A model generated the notes under the pieces. That model did not search any database. It was given only the letters and a program-made list of their open reading frames with translations, and was not told the origin of the DNA. This document shows positions 39,601-50,100 of a stretch of 64,000 bases of DNA, piece by piece. Numbering within the stretch: the stretch's first letter is position 1; every line of letters begins with the position of its first letter. Origin of the DNA: Macrostomum hystrix. Lineage: Eukaryota > Animalia > Platyhelminthes. Made by a program: the position numbers and the translations under genes. The stretch lies in NCBI GenBank assembly GCA_950097015.1, contig CATNEN010000001.1, positions 22,878,001-22,942,000 of the forward strand, read 5' to 3'.

Positions 39601-41587
39601 GACAGGTGAGAAGAAGACACCAGGATAGACAGGTGAGAAGAAGACAACAAGGTAGACAGGTGAGAAGAAGACAACAAGGTAGACAGGTGAGAAGAAGACA
39701 CCAGGATAGACAGGTGAGAAGAAGACAACAAGGTAGACAGGTGAGAAGAAGACACCAGGATAGACAGGTGAGAAGAAGACACCAGGATAGACAGGTGAGA
39801 AGAAGACAACAAGGTAGACAGGTGAGAAGAAGACAACAAGGTAGACAGGTGAGAAGAAGACAACAAGGTAGACAGGTGAGAAGAAGACACCAGGATAGAC
39901 AGGTGAGAAGAAGACAACAAGGTAGACAGGTGAGAAGAAGACACCAGAATAGACAGGTGAGAAGAAGACAACAAGGTAGACAGGTGAGAAGAAGACACCA
40001 GGATAGACAGGTGAGAAGAAGACAACAAGGTAGACAGGTGAGAAGAAGACAACAAGGTAGACAGGTGAGAAGAAGACAACAAGGTAGACAGGTGAGAAGT
40101 AGACACCAGGATAGACAGGTGAGAAGTAGACACCAGGATAGACAGGTGAGAAGAAGACAACAAGGTAGACAGGTGAGAAGAAGACAACAAGGTAGACAGG
40201 TGAGAAGAAGACAACAAGGTAGACAGGTGAGAAGTAGACACCAGGATAGACAGGTGAGAAGTAGACACCAGGATAGACAGGTGAGAAGAAGACAACAAGG
40301 TAGACAGGTGAGAAGAAGACAACAAGGTAGACAGGTGAGAAGAAGACAACAAGGTAGACAGGTGAGAAGTAGGCACCAGGATAGACAGGTGAGAAGTAGA
40401 CACCAGGATAGACAGGTGAGAAGAAGACAACAAGGTAGACAGGTGAGAAGTAGACACCAGGATACACAGGTGAGAAGTAGACACCAGGATAGACAGGTGA
40501 GAAGAAGACAACAAGGTAGACAGGTGAGAAGAAGACAACAAGGTAGACAGGTGAGAAGAAGACAACAAGGTAGACAGGTGAGAAGAAGACAACAAGGTAG
40601 ACAGGTGAGAAGTAGACAACAAGGTAGACAGGTGAGAAGTAGACAACAAGGTAGACAGATGAGAAGAAGACAACAAGGTAGACAGGTGAGAAGTAGACAC
40701 CAGGATAGACAGGTGAGAAGTAGACACCAGGATAGACAGGTGAGAAGTAGACAACAAGGTAGACAGGTGAGAAGTAGACACCAGGATACACAGGTGAGAA
40801 GTAGACACCAGGATAGACAGGTGAGAAGAAGACAACAAGGTAGACAGGTGAGAAGAAGACAACAAGGTAGACAGGTGAGAAGTAGACACCAGGATAGACA
40901 GGTGAGAAGAATACAACAAGGTAGACAGGTGAGAAGAAGACACCAGGATAGACAGGTGAGAAGAAGACACCAGGATAGACAGGTGAGAAGAAGACAACAA
41001 GGTAGACAGGTGAGAAGAAGACAACAAGGTAGACAGGTGAGAAGTAGACACCAGGATAGACAGGTGAGAAGAAGACAACAAGGTAGACAGGTGAGAAGAA
41101 GACACCAGGATAGACAGGTGAGAAGAAGACACCAGGATAGACAGGTGAGAAGAAGACAACAAGGTAGACAGGTGAGAAGAAGACAACAAGGTAGACAGGT
41201 GAGAAGAAGACAACAAGGTAGACAGGTGAGAAGAAGACACCAGGATAGACAGGTGAGAAGAAGACAACAAGGTAGACAGGTGAGAAGAAGACACCAGAAT
41301 AGACAGGTGAGAAGAAGACAACAAGGTAGACAGGTGAGAAGAAGACACCAGGATAGACAGGTGAGAAGAAGACAACAAGGTAGACAGGTGAGAAGAAGAC
41401 AACAAGGTAGACAGGTGAGAAGAAGACAACAAGGTAGACAGGTGAGAAGTAGACACGAAGGTAGCCAAGCCGCAATGCCAGCAATCGCAAACTTTCAGAA
41501 GTGGCAGAGCGGCACAATGTAAACAAGATTTTGCGCAGCGCTCGCGATCTCGTCAATCAGCTGATTGAACTGGTGGAAAATCAATAA
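16926..41587 (+). CDS. SGSM2: Small G protein signalling modulator 1/2-like (RUN + Rab-binding PH-like + TBC Rab-GAP), 13 exons, 1130 aa
   Basis: Exons 16926-17205, 19089-19469, 21752-21903, 26165-26360, 27454-27817, 29966-30236, 30412-30921, 34358-34811, 35840-35919, 36681-36830, 37013-37310, 37723-37890, 41499-41587. All introns GT-AG with matching phases; total 3393 nt. Family motifs: [76 protein letters not shown] (Arg finger), [12 protein letters not shown] (Gln finger), [25 protein letters not shown]1 and SGSM2 cannot be told apart here; the start codon is tentative. Confidence 0.93.
17238..18290. repeat. 25-26-bp minisatellite in three variant blocks (GGGATT...GGGATCTGG)
   Basis: SGSM intron 1; blocks at ~17238-17325, ~17330-17650 and ~17650-18290. 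Confidence 0.92.
18515..18980. repeat. 19-bp minisatellite ATGGGATCAGAATCCTCAA
   Basis: SGSM intron 1, tandem copies. Confidence 0.9.
19089..19469 (+). CDS. SGSM2: SGSM exon 2 (RUN domain)
   Basis: [11 protein letters not shown]...[17 protein letters not shown]...[18 protein letters not shown]; AG/GT boundaries. Confidence 0.93.
19500..20360. repeat. 27-bp minisatellite TCTCAGATCCCAATCTCTAATCCCCAT
   Basis: SGSM intron 2; starts ~30 nt after the donor. Confidence 0.93.
20967..21660. repeat. 14-bp (CCAAGATCCCAGAT) then 21-bp (CTAGATCCCATTTCTAATGTC) minisatellites
   Basis: SGSM intron 2; adjacent arrays sharing AGATCCCA. Confidence 0.92.
21752..21903 (+). CDS. SGSM2: SGSM exon 3
   Basis: [33 protein letters not shown]. 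Confidence 0.93.
22305..22850. repeat. 20-bp minisatellite GGGAATAGCTCATTTGAGTA
   Basis: SGSM intron 3. Confidence 0.93.
23313..23915. repeat. 15-bp minisatellite GGACCTGGATACCTG
   Basis: SGSM intron 3; source of the spurious (GPGYL)n ORF. Confidence 0.95.
24295..25490. repeat. 38-bp minisatellite GATTGCTAATCTATTGCACTAGATAATGGAATAGAATG
   Basis: SGSM intron 3, ~31 copies. Confidence 0.95.
25828..26130. repeat. 20-bp minisatellite ACAGGTGACACTCCTGTCTA
   Basis: ~15 copies, ending ~35 nt before the exon 4 acceptor. Confidence 0.95.
26165..26360 (+). CDS. SGSM2: SGSM exon 4 (absent from the ORF track)
   Basis: [11 protein letters not shown]...[23 protein letters not shown]...GYLSLHQ; phase 0 to 1. 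Confidence 0.92.
26440..26662 (-). mobile_element. tRNA-derived SINE family A
   Basis: Minus-strand A box TAGCCTAGTTC, B box GGTTCGATTCC, CORE-like TTTAGCAAGAC...CACCCAGCTGTTAAATGGGTA, palindrome at 26486-26499. Confidence 0.82.
27135..27407. repeat. 16-17-bp minisatellite GGGATAATTACCTACT
   Basis: SGSM intron 4; ends ~45 nt before the exon 5 acceptor. Confidence 0.92.
27454..27817 (+). CDS. SGSM2: SGSM exon 5 (KWTPN followed by Gly/Gln/Ser low-complexity sequence)
   Basis: [17 protein letters not shown]...; donor AC|GTGAGT is phase 2, matching exon 6. Confidence 0.88.
27828..28825. repeat. 15-bp pyrimidine-rich minisatellite CTACTTCTCTCCC(AC/CT)
   Basis: SGSM intron 5; begins ~10 nt after the donor. 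Confidence 0.95.
29724..29944 (+). mobile_element. tRNA-derived SINE family A
   Basis: A box TAGCCTATTGG (29725), B box GGTTCGATTCC (29770), CORE-like segment 29808-29864, palindrome CCAGTCCATGGACTGG. Confidence 0.85.
29966..30236 (+). CDS. SGSM2: SGSM exon 6 (PH-like Rab-binding region)
   Basis: MVYIHCH...[39 protein letters not shown]. Confidence 0.94.
30258..30312 (+). mobile_element. SINE family B fragment
   Basis: TTGAGGGCCAACCT...GAGAGTGTACACTGCCTGACGATG matches 34096-34145. Confidence 0.65.
30412..30921 (+). CDS. SGSM2: SGSM exon 7
   Basis: [34 protein letters not shown]...[13 protein letters not shown]. Confidence 0.93.
30940..31500. repeat. 22-bp G-rich minisatellite GGGATTGGGATTCTGGTAGGAT
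   Basis: SGSM intron 7; begins ~20 nt after the donor and degenerates distally. Confidence 0.9.
32215..33245. repeat. 19/21-bp almost purine-only minisatellite GAGATGGGAG(AG)AAGAGAGGA
   Basis: SGSM intron 7; includes an internal block duplication (ATGGGGCAATAG at ~32380 and ~32873). Confidence 0.93.
33850..33912 (-). mobile_element. tRNA-like SINE head
   Basis: Minus strand TGGCAGCGAGTGG (A box) ... GGTTCGAATC (B box); no clean acceptor stem. Confidence 0.55.
33962..34170 (+). mobile_element. tRNA-derived SINE family B
   Basis: TGGCAGAGCGG...ACGCGTTTGCC...GGTCCCTGAGCTCGATT...GAAGGCTTGGGGGCTTGTC...TTACGCCCTTGAGGG; homologous copies at 44955-45137(-), 51445-51563(-) and 30258-30312(+). Confidence 0.78.
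34358..34811 (+). CDS. SGSM2: SGSM exon 8 (start of TBC domain plus low-complexity insert)
   Basis: VWPLLLG continues LRKK of exon 7. Confidence 0.9.
34940..35280. repeat. 45-bp minisatellite (GGCGGCTCCTTTGATCTTATCTTATCGTTG...)
   Basis: SGSM intron 8, ~7 copies. Confidence 0.9.
35840..35919 (+). CDS. SGSM2: SGSM exon 9 (80 nt, absent from the ORF track)
   Basis: [27 protein letters not shown]; phase 1 to 0 bridges exons 8 and 10. Confidence 0.85.
36018..36465. repeat. 16-bp minisatellite CCCATAAATCCCACTT
   Basis: SGSM intron 9. Confidence 0.92.
36681..36830 (+). CDS. SGSM2: SGSM exon 10 (TBC Arg finger)
   Basis: [14 protein letters not shown]...[14 protein letters not shown]. Confidence 0.94.
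37013..37310 (+). CDS. SGSM2: SGSM exon 11 (TBC Gln finger)
   Basis: [15 protein letters not shown]...[14 protein letters not shown]. Confidence 0.95.
37325..37690. repeat. ~23-bp minisatellite CTCTCTGATCCC(A/C)TTCAGTGATC
   Basis: Fills almost all of SGSM intron 11. Confidence 0.88.
37723..37890 (+). CDS. SGSM2: SGSM exon 12
   Basis: [17 protein letters not shown]...[14 protein letters not shown]. Confidence 0.94.
37915..41462. repeat. 27-bp minisatellite AGACAGGTGAGAAG(T/A)AGAC(ACCAGGAT/AACAAGGT), ~130 copies
   Basis: Fills nearly all of the 3.6-kb SGSM intron 12. Confidence 0.97.
41499..41587 (+). CDS. SGSM2: SGSM exon 13 (C-terminus)
   Basis: [29 protein letters not shown]-stop, matching the family C-terminal pattern. 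Confidence 0.92.
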
Positions 41588-43124
41588 TAACTACAAGTAA
41601 AATAATCTATATATTATTTTAAATAATATATTCGCGAATTTTATTGTTTTTTTGTCGGCCCTCTGTAGTTTGATTGCTTATTAATCAATTTTTTTAGCTT
41701 TTTAGAAAACGAGATTTTCTGTTGAATTAATTATTTCATAAATGTTTCCATAATTCCAGGATATATAGTTTAGCTTTGTTTAATCAATTTAATCGATTCA
41801 GGGCAATTAAAAATATATTTAATTTATTAAAGAGTTTTTCCCGTAAAATTAATCAAGTCTTGAAATTTGTTTTACTGGCAATTCAAACAAGTTTTTTGTC
41901 TATTTTCCTTTTTTGTTTTATTTTGGTTGGGTTACGCAATGATGTGTCCGTAAAAAACAATCTGGTTACTTTTTTGCTCTTAAAATACTTTCATCTGAAA
42001 GAGTATTAACCAAATTGATTCGAGAAAGAAACGTTTTTTTCTGAAATTTTAGATTATTTAGTTCTTGTCTATGAATTTCTGGAAAGCAAAAAACAATTAA
42101 TTAAAAACTGACGGATTTCTTTGAAAGTCTTTACACTTTCTTAGAAGTTAGCAAATTTTCAGAAAAATCCATGAAATTCCTCTAAATGTCAAAAATTGAC
42201 GAATTTCCTTTGAAATCGTCGACTTTTCTTAGAAATCGTCGACTTCTTAGAAACCACCAACTTTTCTTTAAAACCGTCGAGTTTTGTTTTAAAATCCGTT
42301 TACAGTCGATAAAATCGCAAAATTTCCGGATATTCAACATAAATTTGATTAATTCTTTGTTATCTCGTGTTTATTAGAATCGGTGTGGATTATTAAAAGT
42401 CTCGTTGCGCTGCAGTATTCCAAAAAACATCCTCAAAATGTTATTCTACGGCGAACCTGTGAGGCAAGTTGTGAAACTGTACTCTTCATCAACTGCGTCT
42501 GTCTGTTGTATAGCAGCTAATTTTGTATTCAGTCTCGCCGCATATTGTTATATTTCAATATTGTCTCGTGAAATGGCATTTAATCCCGTGACTCGCGTTG
42601 TTAAATTGATGAGTCTGTTATTTGTGATCTAATATTTTTGTTGTCCTAAAAATCACAAATAAAAATCCTGCTTTATAAAGTGTGTTGTATTGGCCTTAAT
42701 TAAAAGCCTATTAAACAAGAAAATAAACACAGCAATTAATTTGGTGTCACACACAGCGGCCTGTGAAGCAATAGTCACAGATGATTTAGTACACATCTGC
42801 TATTTGTGTTAGCAAACAATGATTGTCGTCCGTTTTTTTAATTTTATTTGTGTCCTTACTAGCACTTAAGAAGGTATTCCTGCATATTAGTAAATTAGGC
42901 TTCAATAAAATCAATTTATGAGAGCATATTTTGTTCCGTAGTTTGTATTGCTTTCCGTCAATCATTCTGGGATAACATTCTGCTATAAAAACCATTAGAG
43001 GAGTTATTGGAACCTTTTAAGTCGATAGTTTTTTTATACATTACAGTTTTGAAGTGTTTCACGAAATAAACAAACCGATATAACACAAAAATAAGTATAT
43101 GATTATCCTAAAACTTTTGTAACT

Positions 43125-44805
43125 AGAATCGCAACAATATTCGTAGTTAGAATCGCATCAAGAGTCGTAGCTATAGAATCGCAACAATATTCGTAGCTAG
43201 AATCGCATCAAGAGTCGTAGCTAGAATCGCATCAAGAGTCGTAGCTATAGAATCGCAGCAAGAGTCGTAGCTAGAATCGCATCAAGAGTCGTAGCTATGG
43301 AATCGCAGCAAGAGTCGTAGCTAGAATCACATCAAGAGTCGTAGCTATGGAATCGCATCAAGAGTCGTAGCTTTAGAATCGCAGCAAGAGTCGTAGCTAG
43401 AATCACATCAAGAGTCGTAGCTATAGAATCGCAGCAAGAGTCGTAGCTATGGAATCGCAGCAAGTCGTAGCTAGAGTCGCATCAAGGGTCGTAGCTATGG
43501 AATCGCATCAAGAGTCGTAGATATAGAATCGCAGCAAGAGTCGTAGCTATGGAATCGCATCAGGAGTCGTAGCTATGGAATCGCATCAAGAGTCGTAGCT
43601 ATAGAATCGCATCAAGAGTCGTAGCTATAGAATCGCAGCAAGAGTCGTAGCTAGAATCGCATCAAGAGTCGTAGCTATGGAATCGCAGCAAGAGTCGTAG
43701 CTAGAATCATATCAAGAGTCGTAGCTATAGAATCGCAGCAAGAGTCGTAGCTATGGAATCGCAGCAAGAGTCGTAGCTAGAATCGCAGCAAGAGTCGTAG
43801 CTATGGAATCGCATCAAGAGTCGTAGCTATAGAATCGCATCAAGAGTCGTAGCTATAGAATCGCATCAAGAGTCGTAGCTATAGAATCGCAGCAAGAGTC
43901 GTAGCTATAGAATCGCATCAAGAGTCGTAGCTAGAATCGCATCAAGAGTCGTAGCTATGGAATCGCATCAAGAGTCGTAGCTAGAATCACATTAAGAGTC
44001 GTAGCTTTAGAATCGCAGCAAGAGTCGTAGCTATGGAATCGCAGCAAGAGTCGTAGCTAGAATCGCAGCAAGAGTCGTAGCTATGGAATCGCATCAAGAG
44101 TCGTAGCTTTAGAATCGCAGCAAGAGTCGTAGCTAGAATCACATCAAGAGTCGTAGCTATAGAATCGCAGCAAGAGTCGTAGCTATGGAATCGCATCAAG
44201 AGTCGTAGCTATAGAATCGCATCAAGAGTCGTAGCTATGGAATCGCATCAAGAGTCCTAGATATAGAATCGCAGCAAGAGTCGTAGCTATGGAATCGCAT
44301 CAAGAGTCGTAGCTATGGAATCGCATCAAGAGTCGTAGCTATAGAATCGCATCAAGAGTCGTAGCTATAGAATCGCAGCAAGAGTCGTAGCTATGGAATC
44401 GCAGCAAGTCGTAGCTAGAGTCGCATCAAGGGTCGTAGCTAGAGTCACATCAAGGGTCGTAGCTATGGAATCGCATCAAGAGTCGTAGATATAGAATCGC
44501 AGCAAGAGTCGTAGCTATGGAATCGCATCAAGAGTCGTAGCTATGGAATCGCATCAAGAGTCGTAGCTATAGAATCGCATCAAGAGTCGTAGCTATAGAA
44601 TCGCAGCAAGAGTCGTAGCTACAGAATCGCAGCAAGAGTCGTAGCTATAGAATCGCAGCAAGAGTCGTAGCTAGAATCGCATCAAGGGTCGTAGCTATGG
44701 AATCGCAGCAAGAGTCGTAGCTACAGAATCGCAGCAAGAGTCGTAGCTATGGAATCGCAGCAAGAGTCGTAGCTAGAATCGTATCAAGGGTCGTAGTTAT
44801 AGAAT
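43125..44805. repeat. 24/26-bp intergenic minisatellite GAATCGCA(T/G)CAAGAGTCGTAGCTA(TA/TG)
   Basis: ~65 tandem copies between the two genes. Confidence 0.95.
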
Positions 44806-44954
44806 CCTCTAATCGTTGAATCGTGGAATCATAAAAATATAATAATAATCGCAGGAGGGCTGCGGGCAATGGCACATCATCCGGTGTCATCCGGTGTCAC
44901 TAGACCCGCAGCCAGCTAGGAGACAATTCTGCGAATTTCTGCCACAAACTCACT

Positions 44955-45137
44955 GGTGTGTACATCTGCCCGGACTTTCTCCTCGTCAGGTTAGTCCTCG
45001 AGGGCGTAAGTTACACGACAAGCCCCCAAGCCTTCTGTCCGTGGCTGCGCCTCAAATGAATGTGGCCTCGCCGCAGAATCGAGCTCAGGGACCTTGGTGC
45101 GAGAGGCAAACGCGTTAACCGCTCTGCTACTCACCCA
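44955..45137 (-). mobile_element. SINE family B
   Basis: Reverse-complement homology to 33962-34170. Confidence 0.75.
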
Positions 45138-46850
45138 GAATCAAAGAATCACACAATGAAACCGAGCTACGAGTAGAATTGCAGTCAGCAAAACTCAACA
45201 CCAGAATTTCGCTTTTCAAACCTGTTTCAATGGGCGCTCACACTCATTATGGTAAAAATGCGACAAAGGATTTCTCGAAGTTGAAGGACTTTGCAGTATC
45301 GGCTTTTTTCAATGGTTTCTTAAAATTGGTTAAGAGTTTTTCTTTAGCAACTTCTCAATTTCTCTAAATTTTTAGAGATCTTCAGACGCGAAAAAGTGCA
45401 CTCTTATCTCTTCCCTACATTTTCTCGGAGTTTTGTTTGACGTTTTTGGTCGATTCTGTGCTCATCATTTCATCCATTAGCTTGCAGAAGACTTTGTTTT
45501 TAGAGAATAAAAGTTTCCCAACTGCCAGGAAAGATGTTTTCGCTTCGCAATGAAAAGCTTTCTGACGGTCGCTATTTGTTGCCTTAGATACAAATGGAAG
45601 ATTTAGACTCGAATGATTTGCTGTCGAATGCACTGGGGAGCGACGTCTACCCGAGGAAATGGACGACAAAGCCCTCAGGAAGCTATAGCTATCAGCGGGC
45701 ACAGCTAGAGTATGGCACTGAAAAGAGATACTGAAAGGGGAGTGCTCTCTGTCACTTTTTCTCCCTCTCTTACTCTGGGCAAACATTTGCTGGTAACCAT
45801 GCCAGCGAAATGCATCGATACCCGCAGCTGCCGGGCCGGGATGAGCTCGGCCAGAGTTTGCAAAGAGTTTGGCGAGGCCCGCACACACCGGCCTGCGGGC
45901 TAGAAATTGAAGCGGAAGCCACTGTTTCACTCGATTCATCTCCGGAAGGACTCTCAAGGCCATTATTTTGGCGTCGTCCATTGTTCCACAGCCTTTTGTT
46001 TCACGGATCTATCTGGCCGTGCCGGTGCTGAAATCGGCTCTGCGTCACCGGGGTGGGGGGTCAGGGCACTGCTGCGGTGTTTGTGTGTGAGCGTGCCGGT
46101 GCGTGTGGATTCTGCATTTATCGCTGGTTGAGAAGCGCCTCTGTCCGAATTCCCGATTCAATGCCCATGCTGGAGGCCCCTCTAACCCCCCGGCCTAGTG
46201 CTGCAAACTTCCTCGTTTCCCACGGGTGGGCGACTGGAAATACACTGAGAGGGGAAGAGAGGGCGGGGGAGGTGGGGCAGCCGAGTCAGCGGAAATTGGT
46301 CACCAATAGCAACCAGGCAGCAAACAAAAGCAGACACTGCTGGGCGCGTGAGGTTTGCTCTGGTATTTTTCACCATCCCGCCTTGAATTTCTCTCTTTCT
46401 CTTTGCGCTGCCTCTGCTGTCTAACTCTCTGTCTCTCCTCTCCCCCAGTGGCCTTTTTGAAAAGCAAGTAAAATCTCCCAATTGGCTCGCAATCGAGCCT
46501 GAAGAGCAGCCTCGCCAACCCGCCTCGGTGCGCCAGATTTCCAGGATTGGCTGCTGGCCATCGACCACTTTTTTCTTAGAATCGACGAGTGCCGATCGGC
46601 TTTGAGAGGCTTTAAAGCCGCGAGTCAGTGGTCAGATTATCCTCCAGTTCCCAAAAATCTTCCTTGGCAGTCTTTACTAGTAACCAACAGACTTAGTTTT
46701 ACCGAAGGTAAATTGTCAAAGGGTATCGAAATTGTCAACGAAGCTGTTCTGAACCTGCTGACACCAATGCGCTCAAAGGTAAGCTCTCATGGCTGCTCTG
46801 ACAAATTTTCATTCGAATTTGACGATTCAGCCTAGTTCCGTTCACTCACG

Positions 46851-47195
46851 ATGTTCGGAAATCCAACCTTCCAGGCGTCTCTCCTAGCAGCTCTTCTAGT
46901 CGCCGCCTACTGCGTGCTCCTCCTGCCGCGCGAGGCGGTCGCCCTCAGCTTTGTCGGCTGCTACCAGGAGAAAAGCCAGGAGCGGGTGTTCATCCTGTCA
47001 CCGGGCGACTACGACCCGGACCTGCTTGCCACCGAGCCCGTGGTGTGCACCAGCCGGTGCCAACAGCTGGCCTTCAGCTACGCGGCCATCTGGCAGTCGC
47101 GCTTCTGCTTCTGCTCCAACAGCATCAACCAGACAGCTGACTTCAACATCACCGGCATTCCGAAGGAGTCCTGCACCGCAGTTGACTATGTCGCT
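46851..47195 (+). CDS. PKD1-like exon 1: signal peptide and WSC domain
   Basis: Hydrophobic leader, then SFVGCYQE...CTSRCQQLAFSYAAIWQSRFCFCSN. Confidence 0.9.
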
Positions 47196-50100
47196 GTGAG
47201 TTGAAGACTGCTAATATTCGCAGCCCGATTAACACGATAAGTTCAATTCAGGCAAACGTTTTGTCCGTACTTACTCGTAAATATAAAAATGGGAGAAATC
47301 AATCCGCCAGGTTTACAATGCGGAGATCACGGCGACTATTGAAGATCTGGAAGTAACGATCGGTGCCAGTACGGCCATCGTTCTAAACTCTGCATACGAT
47401 GTCAGAGCGATGAATGCCACGAGTCCTTTGTCGAACCTATTTACAACCCGCCTGAGCTACAGCGATGACCGCTTCCGCACAGAGCTGATTCCAGCGAACG
47501 GCTACTCGACGAACAAGTCCTACGTTCAGCCGGGAGTGTTCAGCATCAAGGCCCAGGCGTTTCAGTTTGGCACGACTATGGTAGGTGGCGCGTGCACTAT
47601 CGTGTTAGGGTTGTCTGGTGGTAAGAAGAATGCCGAGGCTTAGTCGTGTATTTCGCTAGCACAAGCACTTTGCAATAAAAAAATTCCAGATCGGTAGCGG
47701 CGCCATCCAGGTGCAGGTGTCCGAGCCGCTCTCAGGTGCGAACCTCACCTGCCCGCCAGTGTGGATCACACAGAAGTCTATGAAATGCCTTCTAAGCGTC
47801 AATTCTGGCACAGGGCTGAGTGCCCAGGTGAACTGGGGTGACGGTACGACGGAGAACTTCGTTATAGCAGGTAAACAAAGTCTCATAACAGAAGTTATTG
47901 ATTTTTTCGTGCTTAATTAACTTGTGATGGTGATTTGGCGCAGTTTGTGCCTATGAGGACCGAATCCCAAGGTGAGAGTGAAAATTGACTGACGATGGAT
48001 AGAAGCTGAATGTTATATGTACACACAATGTTAACGTGTGCCCGCGTAACGTATTTGCTCAGGAGCCAGCGGAATGGGCACAATGGCCTACTGTCGCAAT
48101 TGAATAGTTGCTAATATTTTCTTTATTCTTACTTCACAAAGGTTTCAAAAGCATTCTTTGGTATTTTTCAGACGCTCCCTGGGAGCGTGCGGGAACACCG
48201 GTCGCAACGCAGCTAACTGAGATGCAGAACTCGAGCATTTTCAGCTCGTTAGTCGCGGCTGACTTCAAGTACGCTGGCACGCTTCAAGCCTTTGAGTTCT
48301 TTGCTCAAGCTGATGGAGCGTTAGATCTGTTGGTGAGCATGATTGTGTTGTGGGCAGTGGGAGTTGAAGAGTGGTACAGAGCGAACAGCCGATGGTCACA
48401 TTGGTTCCTCTGTGTGCTGATGGAAAATTGCTTCATCAAATATTCAGTTAGGACTGAACTAAAAAGCCTAATGTTTCTGGCCCACTTCCTTTCCCAGCAT
48501 TTTCTTGCTTGAAGTTCTGCGTCAATCAGAGCCTTCTCCAGATTGCTAAAGAACGCTTTGTTGTTTTAGGCATTTAGAGAAGGGCCAGTAGTTTGAACTA
48601 TTGCCTAACTAACGCAATTCCGTTGAAAACATGTTTTCAATGCATCAGCTCATAATTTCAGATTCTCCGACCTGCGTGCTCGGGTGGAACACCGTTTTAC
48701 TGCTACCCGATTGACAACTGTGCTGCCAACTCCTCATGTAGCAGCGAAATCGATTGCTCAGCTACCACGGAGAGCCTCTGTCCAGCGACTGAAAGCTGCT
48801 GGAAATCAGTCAGCCCCACGTGCAAGACCAAAATGGTTAAGAGAAATGTCACCAGTTCATTGTCTTCTTCATTTCAAGTTGCTCAGAAGTACAACACTAC
48901 AGCTCAACGCGGCTACAATCTGTTCCCAGTGACGGACAAGTTTCAGGTGCTGCCGGGTGACAAGATCGGCTTCTGGGCGGCCAGCGCAATTTTGGCGGCT
49001 AAGCCACTCAGCGTTGTCGAGGGAAACGACTTCTCGTTCACTGGAGCCTCGCCGGCTGTGGGCGCATCTCTGTCAGCAGCTTCGATGACGGCCCAGCCCG
49101 TGCAGCACCAAATCTCGGCAGTTTCACGGCCCCTGGTGTCAGTTCGTATGGACAGGACCTACAATGTGTCGGGGAACTACACGGTGTCAGTCACTCTCTC
49201 GAATGCCTACCTGACAGGTGCAGCAACGGCAAACCCCATCCAAGCGGTCTGGATCCAGCCCAACATCGATCAAGTCCGATTCGTTCCAGTCACTTACGTT
49301 TTAGCCAAGGAGCCTTGCAACATTCGCCTGGAGCCTCACACCGGTGTCAATGTGATGTACAACTGGAGCTACAGCGACACGGTCTTAGGCGATGGCACGA
49401 ACAGTCCGATAAGCAGTCACGTGTACAGCAGTGCAGGACCCGGCTTTATCAATGTCACAGCCTACACGAGCTTTGAGAGCAAATCGAACAGCACAAGCTT
49501 CCAACTGATTGAGCGAGTCAACATGACTACCTTGATAGTGGATGGCCAGATCTTCGGCAACGACTCTGCCGTTACGGCCGTGCTAGCGAGCGGCACAAAC
49601 TTCAATTGCACATTCAACGTGTCCTCTGGCAGCGTCTTCACTGCCAGCAGTAACGCAATGCGAATTCCAGCTGTGGCGAGCGTCGGCTACTACACTGTGA
49701 CCACGACCTGTTACAACTTCCTCACCAGTGATAGTCGAACTAGTTTACTCTACGTGGAAGTTCCAGTCACAACTTTCAGCCTGGTCACCAAAGCTGCAGA
49801 AGCCAATGTGGCCTTCAGGCTGAAGTTCCAGTTGAAAAACTGCACCCATCCAAGGTTCGAAGCTCTATTCATGAATATTAGCCGAGCTATGACTTACAAC
49901 CAGCCGTTGCTAGAAGTTGACATGGAACCCGTCACCGTGTCATCCATCGGCAAGTACATATTGGTCAGCCGAGCCTACAACAATGTCAGCGATGTACTTC
50001 TTGTGACAAACTTCACCCTACAGGAGCGCATTGCTGGCCTGAGTCTCAGCATTAGCAATGCTGTCCTTCAAATCGGTGTACAGGCTGCTTTCAGGATAAC

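Noticed and set aside
37695-41556. ORFs of 1257, 1133 and 1129 aa
   Set aside because: They are translations of a 27-bp tandem repeat lying inside SGSM intron 12; a unit length divisible by 3 keeps several frames open.
45415-46568. Minus-strand ORFs (188 and 128 aa) as a divergent gene
   Set aside because: No recognisable motifs or exon chain; more likely the promoter/5' region of the PKD1-like gene (GC-box and CCAAT-like words are present but not diagnostic).
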